Of a stretch of 64,000 nucleotides of DNA, positions 54,579 to 64,000 are shown one piece after another (position 1 is the stretch's first letter; every line of letters begins with the position of its first letter). This DNA is from a virus. The notes beneath the pieces are model-generated. The model saw only the letters and a program-made list of their open reading frames with translations, did not search any database and was not told where the DNA came from. Position numbers and translations under genes: made by a program. Location of the stretch: IMG/VR virus record IMGVR_UViG_3300044620_000614, positions 9,553 through 73,552 of that record, one strand, 5' to 3'.

Positions 54579-57124
54579 AAACTTTCCAAAGTGCTTTCTT
54601 CTTTTAGTTTCCATTTAATTGCATCAAGAATAATCTTGAGCGGTTCAATGAAACTGCTTTCAAACTGTGAAGTATAATCAATAAAACGATGTAAGTCAAG
54701 TTCTTTCGGAAGAGTATTGATGAATGATATGACATCCTCTCCGATGGGATTAGGTTCTTTTAGATAAACAAACTTAATCTTTTCTCCGTCTTTGATTAAT
54801 TGGTATTTCTTTGTGAGTTTATTCTGTTTCAAATAATGATTATACAAAAGAGAACCACGCACATGGATTGGTGTAGATTTGCGATAGATTCTAGATGAAT
54901 CGGCATATTCAGTAATGCCATTGCATCCGCGAGGAAACGCAATTACCTCTGGATCTTGTTTGTTAAAGACATCTCTAAATTCGTTTACAAAATTACGCAA
55001 AGCAAGTTCATCCTGATTCATGATGATATCAATGGCATTAGTCAACCCCTCACGCACAATTTGTGGAGTTGAGGATTTTGTCGTTTCGATACCCATGATC
55101 TTTAGTTCTGGCTTGTCGAGAAGAACATTGTCCTCACCCATGAACACATTCAACATGTAACGCTTCTTTGCAGTCCAAATACCTTTGTTGGAGATAGACT
55201 CGCGTTTCATATGCATCTTTTGCGAATAAGCGTTCATCATAGTTGCAAGTTCTTCGTACTTCGATTCGATGAATGGATCGATGATATCCTTACACGCTTT
55301 ATCCAAGAACTTCACAACCTTCTTGTTGTCTGCATTAGGCATAACCTTCTGCACCAACTTGTCTAAACAGATATAAACCGAATCAGTATCTGCTGCAATA
55401 ACAAAGTCAACATCGTTTGTTCCTACAGTCTTGTTTAGGAACTTGTTCAACCCACGCTCAATCCATCGAATTGACAATTGACCGGACACGGTAATTGCTT
55501 CTGCCAAGTCTAGATCGTAGTAACGGAAGTATTGATTACCGATTGCACCGAACGCGCTGTTTAATTGAATCTTACGAACCAACTGAAAGTTGTGATACTT
55601 GGAAATCAGATTCTTTAGTTCTGTAACTTTTTCTTTTGGTGCATCCTTCGGAAGATTCTTCAGTTCTGCTTTACACTCCAACATCTTCTTCTTGTACATC
55701 TTCCGTTCTTCATACATGGTTTCCATCAACTTTGGAAGGAACCCCTGTCGATCTTTGCGGAAGGTAACACCATTTGCTGCCAACGATTCGCTGCGGAGTT
55801 TAACATCACGCATTAGATTCACACAATCTATGAATGAAGTTACTGGTTTTCCATCCTCACGATCAAAGATAACATCCGGATTCAAAGATCCCCGCTTACC
55901 ATATGATGTTTTTGTCTCGGGTGAAATGTTGTATTGCATAATCAAATGTGGATACAAAGAATCCAAGTCAAAAGACACGATCCACTTATGCTCACCAACT
56001 TGCGGTGGCTTCACATATGCACCTTCAAACTTCTTGTCCTTCTCTTCAACTTCCTTTTGCGGGATTACAATCTTATGCTCGTTAAGATAATGGTAGATGA
56101 TAGTGTCCCAAGTTCGAACTTGAGAGAATACATCTCGCAGATTAACCTTTGCACTATATGCTAGAGCGAGAGCAAGTTCAAGTAGACGCAACTTCTCTTC
56201 CAAACGAAGAACCAGTTGGACATCTTTGTGGTTATATGCAACAAACTTATCGAAGTCACCCTTGTAGAATTGTTGAAGGTTGTCGTATCCCTCAAAGGAT
56301 GCTTTTCTTTCTCCAAGTTCGACATATGCAATATGATCTAACTTGTAACTCTCTCTAGTAACGAAGGTAAACTTGCGATATAAATCAAAATAGTCCATCG
56401 TAGCAATACCAACAAGATCATAAACAACATGCTCTTGCTGCTTAACTGCTACGGTGCGTGTCTTGATTTGTCCCCACGGAGAAAGACGATTTGCTGCTTT
56501 ATCATCTAGGACATTGTTCAGTCTATGGATAATGTACGGAATATCAAAGAACTGGACATTCCAGCCAGTGATGATGTCAAAATCTTTGTCTTGCCAGAAT
56601 TGTAAAAATTGCTCCAACATAATGTCTTCCTTTGTGTAGGAATAGACATGGTGATTGGAGTCAACCGGAGTCGCTTTACCAAGACAGAATGTATAAGTCT
56701 GGTCGTGCAGACGAATTGTAATTACATTGATTCGTTGATCGGCTTGTTCAATGTTCGGAAATCCATTTTCACATTCAGTTTCAATATCCAAATAAGCGAT
56801 ACGAAGTTGATTGTAATCATACGCAACTTCTTTCGGATACTCTTCTCCAATAAACTGATATACGAAGTCGTTGTTTCCGTAGATTTCAAATCCAGAGACA
56901 TCCTTGTAGTCATCAATGAACTTTCTAGTTTCATCAATGTTTCCAGGCTTAAAAGACTCAACATACTTTCCCTCCAGAGTCTTCCACTCTGTTTGTTTGT
57001 TGACCGCTGGCACAAACACCGTAGGATAAAACGGCTCTGCGCGATGAATGCGCTTGGAGCCGTCATATCCACGGTATAAGATTCGGTTTCCCCGAATCGC
57101 AACATAAGTATAAAATTTAGACAT
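54569..57124 (-). CDS. family B DNA polymerase (T4 gp43-like)
   Basis: DIET, SFDLDSLYP, KIQLNSAFG, DTDS, KKRY. Confidence 0.97.
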   Translation of the reverse strand: MSKFYTYVAIRGNRILYRGYDGSKRIHRAEPFYPTVFVPAVNKQTEWKTLEGKYVESFKPGNIDETRKFIDDYKDVSGFEIYGNNDFVYQFIGEEYPKEVAYDYNQLRIAYLDIETECENGFPNIEQADQRINVITIRLHDQTYTFCLGKATPVDSNHHVYSYTKEDIMLEQFLQFWQDKDFDIITGWNVQFFDIPYIIHRLNNVLDDKAANRLSPWGQIKTRTVAVKQQEHVVYDLVGIATMDYFDLYRKFTFVTRESYKLDHIAYVELGERKASFEGYDNLQQFYKGDFDKFVAYNHKDVQLVLRLEEKLRLLELALALAYSAKVNLRDVFSQVRTWDTIIYHYLNEHKIVIPQKEVEEKDKKFEGAYVKPPQVGEHKWIVSFDLDSLYPHLIMQYNISPETKTSYGKRGSLNPDVIFDREDGKPVTSFIDCVNLMRDVKLRSESLAANGVTFRKDRQGFLPKLMETMYEERKMYKKKMLECKAELKNLPKDAPKEKVTELKNLISKYHNFQLVRKIQLNSAFGAIGNQYFRYYDLDLAEAITVSGQLSIRWIERGLNKFLNKTVGTNDVDFVIAADTDSVYICLDKLVQKVMPNADNKKVVKFLDKACKDIIDPFIESKYEELATMMNAYSQKMHMKRESISNKGIWTAKKRYMLNVFMGEDNVLLDKPELKIMGIETTKSSTPQIVREGLTNAIDIIMNQDELALRNFVNEFRDVFNKQDPEVIAFPRGCNGITEYADSSRIYRKSTPIHVRGSLLYNHYLKQNKLTKKYQLIKDGEKIKFVYLKEPNPIGEDVISFINTLPKELDLHRFIDYTSQFESSFIEPLKIILDAIKWKLKEESTLESLFV

Positions 57125-57531
57125 TATTTTGTTGGTTCAATTCTGATTGGATGATTTGGATCTTCCACTAGGAACATAGGCTTACCCTGCTCGCGCTTGG
57201 TTTGCTTCTCTTGCATATAGCAGTAGAATAGTACGGAATAGTTAATCATGTCAAGAATTGTATCCAAAAGTTTCTCATCAGAAACAGCAAAAGTGCCAGA
57301 TTCAGTAAAAGATGATAAACGACTCATCTTATCTGTCATACGGACAAGCATTCCTTTTTCCGTAGTAGTTACACCCATTGCTTCAGTGCGAGTAAAGTTT
57401 GCAAATGGTTCTTCGCCACCCTTACCGGCATAATCGTGATTCTTTTTCTTCATTAGTTCCAATGCTTCCTTGCATAGATTTTCATGGAAACCAAGAAGTT
57501 CGTCTCTTGTCATCTTATACGGTTGATTCAT
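57124..57531 (-). CDS. DUF1599/nucleotide-modification-associated domain protein
   Basis: KKNHDYA...FANF...VRMTDKMSRL...DTILDMINY. Confidence 0.75.
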   Translation of the reverse strand: MNQPYKMTRDELLGFHENLCKEALELMKKKNHDYAGKGGEEPFANFTRTEAMGVTTTEKGMLVRMTDKMSRLSSFTESGTFAVSDEKLLDTILDMINYSVLFYCYMQEKQTKREQGKPMFLVEDPNHPIRIEPTK

Positions 57532-57962
57532 GATTTAATTCCTGTTGAGCCAAAACCACCCACACGGTCGGTTTTCTGTGTGGGTTTAGTATAGCACTCA
57601 TCAATGGTATAGTCAAGAGATTTAATCAGTTCCCCTTGAGCAATACGATCACCTTTGTTAATCGTGAAATCAATATTTGAAGTATTGTAAAGAATTACTT
57701 TCAATTCATCTGTGTAATCTGAATCAATAATCCCTTCACAATTTAAAAGAGTAATTCCCTTTTTATATGCCAATCCAGATCGGGGATGAATTCTTACAGA
57801 ATAACCCTCAGGTATATCAAGAATTAATCCCGTTGAAACGGCATAACTATGTTTTGCAATTATTGTACAATCTTCACTTGCAGATATGTCAAAGCAAGCA
57901 GATTGTTTTGTGGCAAATTTTGGTAAAGTAGCATTTTCACCAATACGATAAATTTTAAGCAT
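57528..57962 (-). CDS. dut: dUTPase
   Basis: RSGLA, GIIDSDY, RIAQ, RVGGFGSTG. Confidence 0.95.
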   Translation of the reverse strand: MLKIYRIGENATLPKFATKQSACFDISASEDCTIIAKHSYAVSTGLILDIPEGYSVRIHPRSGLAYKKGITLLNCEGIIDSDYTDELKVILYNTSNIDFTINKGDRIAQGELIKSLDYTIDECYTKPTQKTDRVGGFGSTGIKS

Positions 57963-57981
57963 AATATAAGTCTTTCAAAAA

Positions 57982-58161
57982 TTATTCAGGTTGTTCTGTG
58001 AATCTTGGTGTATTGTTTGCTTCATACAACCAGCCTATGGAACATGGTTCATTTTCAGTCAAAAGAACATTCAAAGTATTTGGAAATAGAGTACCTTCGC
58101 CATCCCAAATTACAACATTTTCTACTAAATTATTTTCACTATTAATTAAAGCCCATCTCAT
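57982..58161 (-). CDS. 59-aa tail-fibre-associated small protein
   Basis: MRWALI...VENVVIWDG...IGW; AGGAG RBS. Confidence 0.6.
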   Translation of the reverse strand: MRWALINSENNLVENVVIWDGEGTLFPNTLNVLLTENEPCSIGWLYEANNTPRFTEQPE

Positions 58162-58174
58162 TTTAATTCTCCTA

Positions 58175-59113
58175 TTAATTATATGAAACTATAAGAACAT
58201 AACCGTCACCACCGAGGCCGCCGGCACCAGAACCAGTGTGGGTACTCCAACATCCGCCTCCTCCTCCACCTCCACCACCGCGATAACCGGCACCACCCGA
58301 TTGACCTTGACTTGAGGTTGCACCATTTCTTCCTCCGGCACCACCAAGTCCTGGCGTACATTTTCCCGCTATTGTAAAACCAAAAGCAGATTGTCCTCCA
58401 GCACCAGAACCACTTAAAATTGTACCACTTCTAACATAATAAGAACTCATTACACTTGTGGATGCGGTTGTAGATGTTGTGATGTTTCCTCCGCTGTTAG
58501 AGGTTGCTGCTCCTCCCGCGTTAGTGTGACCACCACCACCAGCACCACCATTATAGTTGTAACCTTGTATTATGTTGCCGTTTCCAGATGTTGAGCCACC
58601 TGAACTACCGGCACCTAAGGCACCCACAGCAATTCCTTGGACTATAGATGCTCTAGCAGTACCACCCGTTCCTGCTGTTGCGGTTCCACCAGTTCCGCCC
58701 GCACCTCCAACTGTTGAAATTAAAAAACCAAATTTTCCGGGCATAGTAATGGTTGTCGAACCCCCAGTACCACCGGCACCACCATTGTTTCCAGAAGACA
58801 CTGGTGCAGCACCAGCATTACCACCAGCACCTATTGTAATTAATAAGGTAGATCCTGGTCCACCCAACTCATCTACTAGAAAATCATGAAGCACATAAGA
58901 ACCACCACTGCCACCACCACCACCAAATGTATTTGCTGCATCTCCTGCGGCACGCCAGCGACCAGCTCCACCACCACCTCCACCAGCAACAGCAAGGATA
59001 CTTATTAGTTTTGCTTCTTTTGGTATGGAATATGACCCACTTGAATCGAATTCATCAATTGCAAGCACATTCATATTCAAAGCAGAAGGAAATCCAAAAA
59101 ATCCATTATTCAT
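58175..59113 (-). CDS. glycine-rich fibre protein, paralog 1
   Basis: MNNGFFGFP...F.SSG...GGGGG...GGDGYV. Confidence 0.8.
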   Translation of the reverse strand: MNNGFFGFPSALNMNVLAIDEFDSSGSYSIPKEAKLISILAVAGGGGGGAGRWRAAGDAANTFGGGGGSGGSYVLHDFLVDELGGPGSTLLITIGAGGNAGAAPVSSGNNGGAGGTGGSTTITMPGKFGFLISTVGGAGGTGGTATAGTGGTARASIVQGIAVGALGAGSSGGSTSGNGNIIQGYNYNGGAGGGGHTNAGGAATSNSGGNITTSTTASTSVMSSYYVRSGTILSGSGAGGQSAFGFTIAGKCTPGLGGAGGRNGATSSQGQSGGAGYRGGGGGGGGGCWSTHTGSGAGGLGGDGYVLIVSYN

Positions 59114-59125
59114 AGTATTATCCCT

Positions 59126-60076
59126 TTAATAAGCAACAATAACAACATACCCATCACCACCGCGGCCACCGGCACCGGCGGCAACTCCGTTTCTTGAACC
59201 CCCTCCTCCTCCACCACCACCTCCACGATAGCCAGCACCACCAGCGCCTCCACCAGACGCTAGAGTATCTGGTCCGGCTCCACCACCAGCACCCCCAAGT
59301 CCTGGGCTGTACTGTCCAAAAATTGTTTTACCAGTTGCACTATCACCGGGCAAACCAGTATTAACTTGTCCGGGCTGACAAATATTACTTGATAGGGCAT
59401 ATAAAGGATTTCTTACTCCAGAAAACTGTCCACCACCTGTAATTGCGCCACCTTGAAATCCCGTTCCGGGTGTTCCGTTATTTATTCCACCACCAGCAGC
59501 ACCACCTGTGTGATTGAGATAATATACTACCTGCGAACCCGCTTGTGCTGAAGATGAACTAGAAGCGCCAGCACCATGTGTTGCGACAGCCGCAGTAAAA
59601 AATCCAAACATCCAATTATTTTTGCCAGATGCACCATTTCCCGATGTGCCTGATCCACCGCTTCCACTATTTCCACCCGAAGCAGCAATAAAAAATCCGG
59701 GTGAGCCTAATATTGATAGTGTTGTATGTCCTCCAACTGAACCTACGGTACCGCTCGTAGTGTTCGATGCACCAGCAGGTCCACCAGTTCCTCCACTTCC
59801 GATAGTAATTAATAATGTTGTATTAGGTCCACCTAAAGTATCAACAAGAAAATCATGTATAACAATTGTTCCACCACCTCCACCACCCCCACCAAAAGAA
59901 GCAGTGCCCGCAGCGCGGCGACCACCACCGCCACCTCCTCCTCCGCCACCAATTGCCATAATCCATAATTTTTTTGCGGAAAAAGGAATAATATAAGTTC
60001 CACTAGTGTTAAATTCACTTATGGAATACTTATTATTTACATTTCTGTTTGGGAATCCAAAAAATCCATTATTCAT
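59126..60076 (-). CDS. glycine-rich fibre protein, paralog 2
   Basis: same architecture as paralog 1. Confidence 0.8.
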   Translation of the reverse strand: MNNGFFGFPNRNVNNKYSISEFNTSGTYIIPFSAKKLWIMAIGGGGGGGGGGRRAAGTASFGGGGGGGGTIVIHDFLVDTLGGPNTTLLITIGSGGTGGPAGASNTTSGTVGSVGGHTTLSILGSPGFFIAASGGNSGSGGSGTSGNGASGKNNWMFGFFTAAVATHGAGASSSSSAQAGSQVVYYLNHTGGAAGGGINNGTPGTGFQGGAITGGGQFSGVRNPLYALSSNICQPGQVNTGLPGDSATGKTIFGQYSPGLGGAGGGAGPDTLASGGGAGGAGYRGGGGGGGGGSRNGVAAGAGGRGGDGYVVIVAY

Positions 60077-60081
60077 ATTAA

Positions 60082-61047
60082 TTATCCAAAAGCAGCAATA
60101 ACAACATATCCATCTCCACCTTTACCACCGTTACCAGTAGTTATACCATTTCTTGCTCCACCTCCACCACCTCCCCCACCACCACGATATCCATCTTGAC
60201 CATTATTAGCAGTTGTTAGACTTCCACCCCCACCACCAACACCACCAACACCGGGTGAGTATTTTGTAAATAGTGTATATCTGTGAGGACTACGAGTAGT
60301 TGCATTATCCCCAACTCCACCTGCAATTAATGTTTGATTTCTTACATAATCTGGATTGGATATTGCTATTGCGGTGGAAGCACTTGTAGATATTGGACCA
60401 CCATTTCCTACGGCATCTCCTGAACTTACTCCACCACCACCCGCTCCACCATTAGATGTATATGACGAAAGAGTTATTCCAGATGCTAAATTGGTGGCAC
60501 CCGCACCACCAGCACCACTGTTCGCGGGAGAAGACATGCCATAATACACAAAGGCAGTTGATCCACCAGCAGTGCCGGCTGTGTTAGTTCCACCTTGACC
60601 AGCAGCACTTGATCCAGAATGAATGGCATACATTATATAACCGGGAGTACCATCAAGTGTTATATAAGTTGCTCCACCAATTGAACCATTTCCTCCGGAA
60701 GCAGTATTTGTAGTTGCACCCAGACCACCTGTTCCCCCGGCACCAATACCAACGGTTAGTGTGAGGTTTGCTATATTATTTGAATATCCATATGCAGAAA
60801 CCGTATATGCCAATTCATCGACATTTAAAAATGTCTGATTGACAACTCCTCCTGCTCCTCCTCCACCACCAAATGAGTTAGTGCCAGAAGCTCGGCGTCC
60901 ACCCCCTCCACCACCCGCTCCGGCACCCACCATAAAAACCCATAGCCTTTTTGCGAATGAGGGAATCCGATAGGTGCCACTACTCTCAAACTCTTTAATC
61001 TCAAATAAAGAACTACCAGTAGGAAATCCATAAAAACCATTGTTCAT
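60082..61047 (-). CDS. glycine-rich fibre protein, paralog 3
   Basis: same architecture as paralog 1. Confidence 0.8.
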   Translation of the reverse strand: MNNGFYGFPTGSSLFEIKEFESSGTYRIPSFAKRLWVFMVGAGAGGGGGGRRASGTNSFGGGGGAGGVVNQTFLNVDELAYTVSAYGYSNNIANLTLTVGIGAGGTGGLGATTNTASGGNGSIGGATYITLDGTPGYIMYAIHSGSSAAGQGGTNTAGTAGGSTAFVYYGMSSPANSGAGGAGATNLASGITLSSYTSNGGAGGGGVSSGDAVGNGGPISTSASTAIAISNPDYVRNQTLIAGGVGDNATTRSPHRYTLFTKYSPGVGGVGGGGGSLTTANNGQDGYRGGGGGGGGGARNGITTGNGGKGGDGYVVIAAFG

Positions 61048-61457
61048 AATAAACCAGATTCAACTAAAATATTAAATGTTTCTGAGTTGTTTGTTGTTGC
61101 GTAAATTTTATTTGTTGTTCCGCCTGGGATGATTAAACCAACTAATTCTGCAACTTCTGTTCTGAATGCAGCAACAGATGTGCTTGGTGTGATTGCTGGA
61201 ACCAATTTTTCACAAATAAGTCTTTTAGTTGTTCCCGAATCCGTAGAGTAAAAGAAACGAATTACACCAGCAGTTGTTGTTGCGGTGGCTTGAATGGTAA
61301 CTCTGAAGATTCTTTTTCCAACTCCGTTACCGGCGGTAGCACTAGGACCTGCGGTAATTTCGGTGCTGTTTGTTGGTGCGGTTCTAGAAGTATCTGCTGT
61401 TGTGACCTGTGCATACTCTACAATTGGTGCTGCTGTATATTGTGCGTTTGTTGCCAT
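61044..61457 (-). CDS. virion structural protein
   Basis: Thr-rich beta protein in the tail cluster. Confidence 0.6.
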   Translation of the reverse strand: MATNAQYTAAPIVEYAQVTTADTSRTAPTNSTEITAGPSATAGNGVGKRIFRVTIQATATTTAGVIRFFYSTDSGTTKRLICEKLVPAITPSTSVAAFRTEVAELVGLIIPGGTTNKIYATTNNSETFNILVESGLL

Positions 61458-61476
61458 AATTATTTCTCCGTGTGTA

Positions 61477-62709
61477 TTATACTATACCCATATCAAAAAG
61501 CAAGTAGTCTGGTGTTTTTGTTATTTGCTGTGAACCATCTTGAAATTCCATGTATTGGTTAGACGCCATTTTTAATATTGCTGCTACGGTAAAAAAACCA
61601 GTATTGTCATTTAATTCTATAGAATAACCATTACTATTTCCTACTATATCTCCGGCTTGAAATAGTGGTGTATCACATTTAATATAACCCACGGTGTAAT
61701 CGTAGGCAGCAGCTCCATAAATGTCAATTTCCCCTCCACCGTCTTGATTGTCAATTGCCATTGCTACGGGAGCAATCGTCGCATCCTCCGCAGTTACTGT
61801 TATTCCTTTTCTTCCACCTTTTGCGTTTCCCATAGCAATAGAATCAAAAGACGATACACTTGAGTACATTATAAATGTTGAGCCTATCTGATTCACTTCT
61901 CCATATGCACTAATACTAGAAGTTCCCAAAATAGACCCAATATTAATTGCGGTGGTACTACTACCACCACCACCAGTGCCTATGTTAATTGTTTTGGTGT
62001 GAGTTGAACCAACTGCTCCAGTATTAATATTTGTAGTAGATGATGCTGTGCTATCATAGCCTAAATTTAATGTTGTAGTGGCACCAAATGCATTTACCGT
62101 TGTTGCAGTTGCATCAAATATAGAAGCAGTTGTTGTAGATGTCGTTATATCTCCACCATTTACAGCAAGATCTCCGGTAATAGTCAAGGAGTCAGTTGTC
62201 TTGTTGTATGTTAAACCAGAATCTCCACCAAAAGAACCACCATCATTAAATTGAACCTGAGTGTCCGAACCACCGGGAGTTCCACCACCACCAGACACAG
62301 TTGCCCACTGTAAAGTAGCATCATTACCAGCAACAGATGCTATTTGCAGAACTTGATTTGCAGAACCGACCGCGGATGGTAATGTGTAAATGTTATTATT
62401 ACTAACGGTTGCGGGAGCCTGAAAAGCAATATAATTAGAAGAATCCGAATCTGCTAAACGAAGATCTCCCTGAGAACCTATCTGTAAATTTGTTCCATCA
62501 AACGTAAAATTGGCACTGCTTCCAAAATTGCCACTATTATTATACTGAACCTGTGTATTTGATCCGCTAGGTGCAGAACCAATCAAATCGCCACCACCAC
62601 CAGAATTACCAATATAAACTCGTTTATTTGTTGTATCAACAGCAAGTTCGTGTTGGCTTAATCCAGTCGATGGTGCAGTAGTGCCGCGCTTTGGTTTAAT
62701 TATTGCCAT
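61477..62709 (-). CDS. tail fibre protein
   Basis: IKPKRGT..P...ELAVDT; repeated GS.TQVQ.N...FG. Confidence 0.75.
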   Translation of the reverse strand: MAIIKPKRGTTAPSTGLSQHELAVDTTNKRVYIGNSGGGGDLIGSAPSGSNTQVQYNNSGNFGSSANFTFDGTNLQIGSQGDLRLADSDSSNYIAFQAPATVSNNNIYTLPSAVGSANQVLQIASVAGNDATLQWATVSGGGGTPGGSDTQVQFNDGGSFGGDSGLTYNKTTDSLTITGDLAVNGGDITTSTTTASIFDATATTVNAFGATTTLNLGYDSTASSTTNINTGAVGSTHTKTINIGTGGGGSSTTAINIGSILGTSSISAYGEVNQIGSTFIMYSSVSSFDSIAMGNAKGGRKGITVTAEDATIAPVAMAIDNQDGGGEIDIYGAAAYDYTVGYIKCDTPLFQAGDIVGNSNGYSIELNDNTGFFTVAAILKMASNQYMEFQDGSQQITKTPDYLLFDMGIV

Positions 62710-62723
62710 TTATCTCTCCACAA

Positions 62724-63194
62724 TCAGAACACATCACCATCGAGAATATCGTCTTTAGGTTGTGTTTTCTTTTTCTTAGATGGGGGTGTCTTGAGAACTT
62801 CTATTTCTGCTTTCGCAGTATTTAGTTGTTTATTCAACTCATCTATAATTGCTTGTTGTTCTTTAATTGAAGATCTATTAATACTAATTGTATTTGCGCG
62901 ATCATTTGCAATATTCGTTAATTCTTCTATTTTACTATGAAGATCACCAATTATTGGCGATTCAGATTGTAATTGATTATACTTTCCTTTATATTGGGAA
63001 ATTAAATCATCTCGCTTAGAAATTTCTAAAGCAAAGTTCTGAGTGATGTTATTAAATTTTTCTGTTAGATCTTTGTTTTTATTCTGTTCCACCATCAAAT
63101 TAACTTCAAGAACTAAATTGTTGTTTACAAGTTCTTGAAACTTCTTTTGAAGAAATGGAATTACGACTGTTTCATTATAATTCACTTCTGACAT
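62724..63194 (-). CDS. coiled-coil protein
   Basis: heptad-rich ORF. Confidence 0.6.
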   Translation of the reverse strand: MSEVNYNETVVIPFLQKKFQELVNNNLVLEVNLMVEQNKNKDLTEKFNNITQNFALEISKRDDLISQYKGKYNQLQSESPIIGDLHSKIEELTNIANDRANTISINRSSIKEQQAIIDELNKQLNTAKAEIEVLKTPPSKKKKTQPKDDILDGDVF

Positions 63195-63213
63195 AATATA
63201 TCTCTTTCATTTA

Positions 63214-64000
63214 TTAATAAGTTCCACCATCAATGTTGGCTTCCAAATAGTTCGTAGATGCGTTATATGCTAATGACGAATTATACTTTAATGCTTGATT
63301 TGATGCAGATGCGGTATTCACGAAAGCCAAGAAGCAAGTCGTATCTGAAGTTTCACTTGCCATAGTTACTGCTGAAGCATTTGATGCTGTACCGGTCAAA
63401 CTTGCTGTTATTGTACCAGCACTAAAATTACCAGAACCATCTCGCTTTACGATAGCAGATGTAGTATTTGCATCTGTAGCATTTGTCCAACTTGGTGATC
63501 CTGCACCGCCAGATGTTAGCACATAACCAGATGTACCAGCAGCAAGAACTTCCATACTGTCGGCATCTGTCCAGACGATACCACCGTTGCTGGCTGTTAG
63601 TGCTTTACCTGTACCACCATAAGTCAAACCAACTACTGTACCTTGCCATGTACCTGTTCCGATTGTACCAAGAGTAGTTATGCTAGATTGTCCAATATAT
63701 GTGCTCTTGATACTAAATGTATCTCCACTTTTGGTTAAAGTGACTTCATCGGCAATAAATGTACCAGCACCGGAGAATTGATCCCACAGAATGGAATCTG
63801 TGTCCAATGTAGTGATAACTTCTGTTTGCACCCAACCTGTGTTGTTATATGTTGTTCCTTCTAAAACGAAGACGAAATCACCACCGATATATTCTGCTGC
63901 TGTATTTGCGTCTACGGATCTTCTCAATTCTCTGGCACCATACACATAATAAATTCCGTTATATGCTGCACCCAATCCACCAACATCTCCTTCATTTTTT
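63214..64000 (-). CDS. tail fibre protein, C-terminal part (truncated by the window edge)
   Basis: NGIY...FVFVLEG...QFSGAG, GTWQG, IVKRDGSGNFSAG, IDGGTY. Confidence 0.75.
   Translation of the reverse strand, partial: KNEGDVGGLGAAYNGIYYVYGARELRRSVDANTAAEYIGGDFVFVLEGTTYNNTGWVQTEVITTLDTDSILWDQFSGAGTFIADEVTLTKSGDTFSIKSTYIGQSSITTLGTIGTGTWQGTVVGLTYGGTGKALTASNGGIVWTDADSMEVLAAGTSGYVLTSGGAGSPSWTNATDANTTSAIVKRDGSGNFSAGTITASLTGTASNASAVTMASETSDTTCFLAFVNTASASNQALKYNSSLAYNASTNYLEANIDGGTY

Noticed and set aside
42791-57124. Introns or inteins in nrdJ, thyX, gp41, uvsX or gp43; stop-codon recoding
   Set aside because: All have normal lengths and uninterrupted frames in the standard code, and no suppressor tRNA was seen.

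Overview
This 64-kb window is part of a large T4-like (Tevenvirinae/cyanomyovirus-type) phage genome. It carries gp43, uvsX, gp41, gp61, nrdJ, thyX and dut, and has TATAAATA late promoters. Layout: (1) 1-16 kb, minus strand: 14 tRNAs, a circularly permuted two-piece tmRNA, a tRNA-like RNA, translation/RNA-related enzymes (TrmH, deaminase, cyclic-phosphate receiver domain, DksA/TraR), GMP reductase and an outer-membrane beta-barrel. (2) About 16.3-25.5 kb: a strongly GC-rich, sigma70-driven early island with divergent VWA/MoxR-AAA genes and a kinase-like gene. (3) About 25.7-26.75 kb: a 26-bp perfect inverted repeat plus an array of CGATTGGAAGTT repeats. (4) 27-38.7 kb: late genes with T4-type capsid-targeting and prohead-protease cleavage motifs, including an apparent -1 frameshift. 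(5) PEP-CTERM-like surface proteins, suggesting a Phycisphaerae/Planctomycetota-like host (inference). (6) 40.8-64 kb, minus strand: replication and nucleotide-metabolism genes interleaved with tail/fibre genes. All calls come from reading motifs by eye; no database searches were run.
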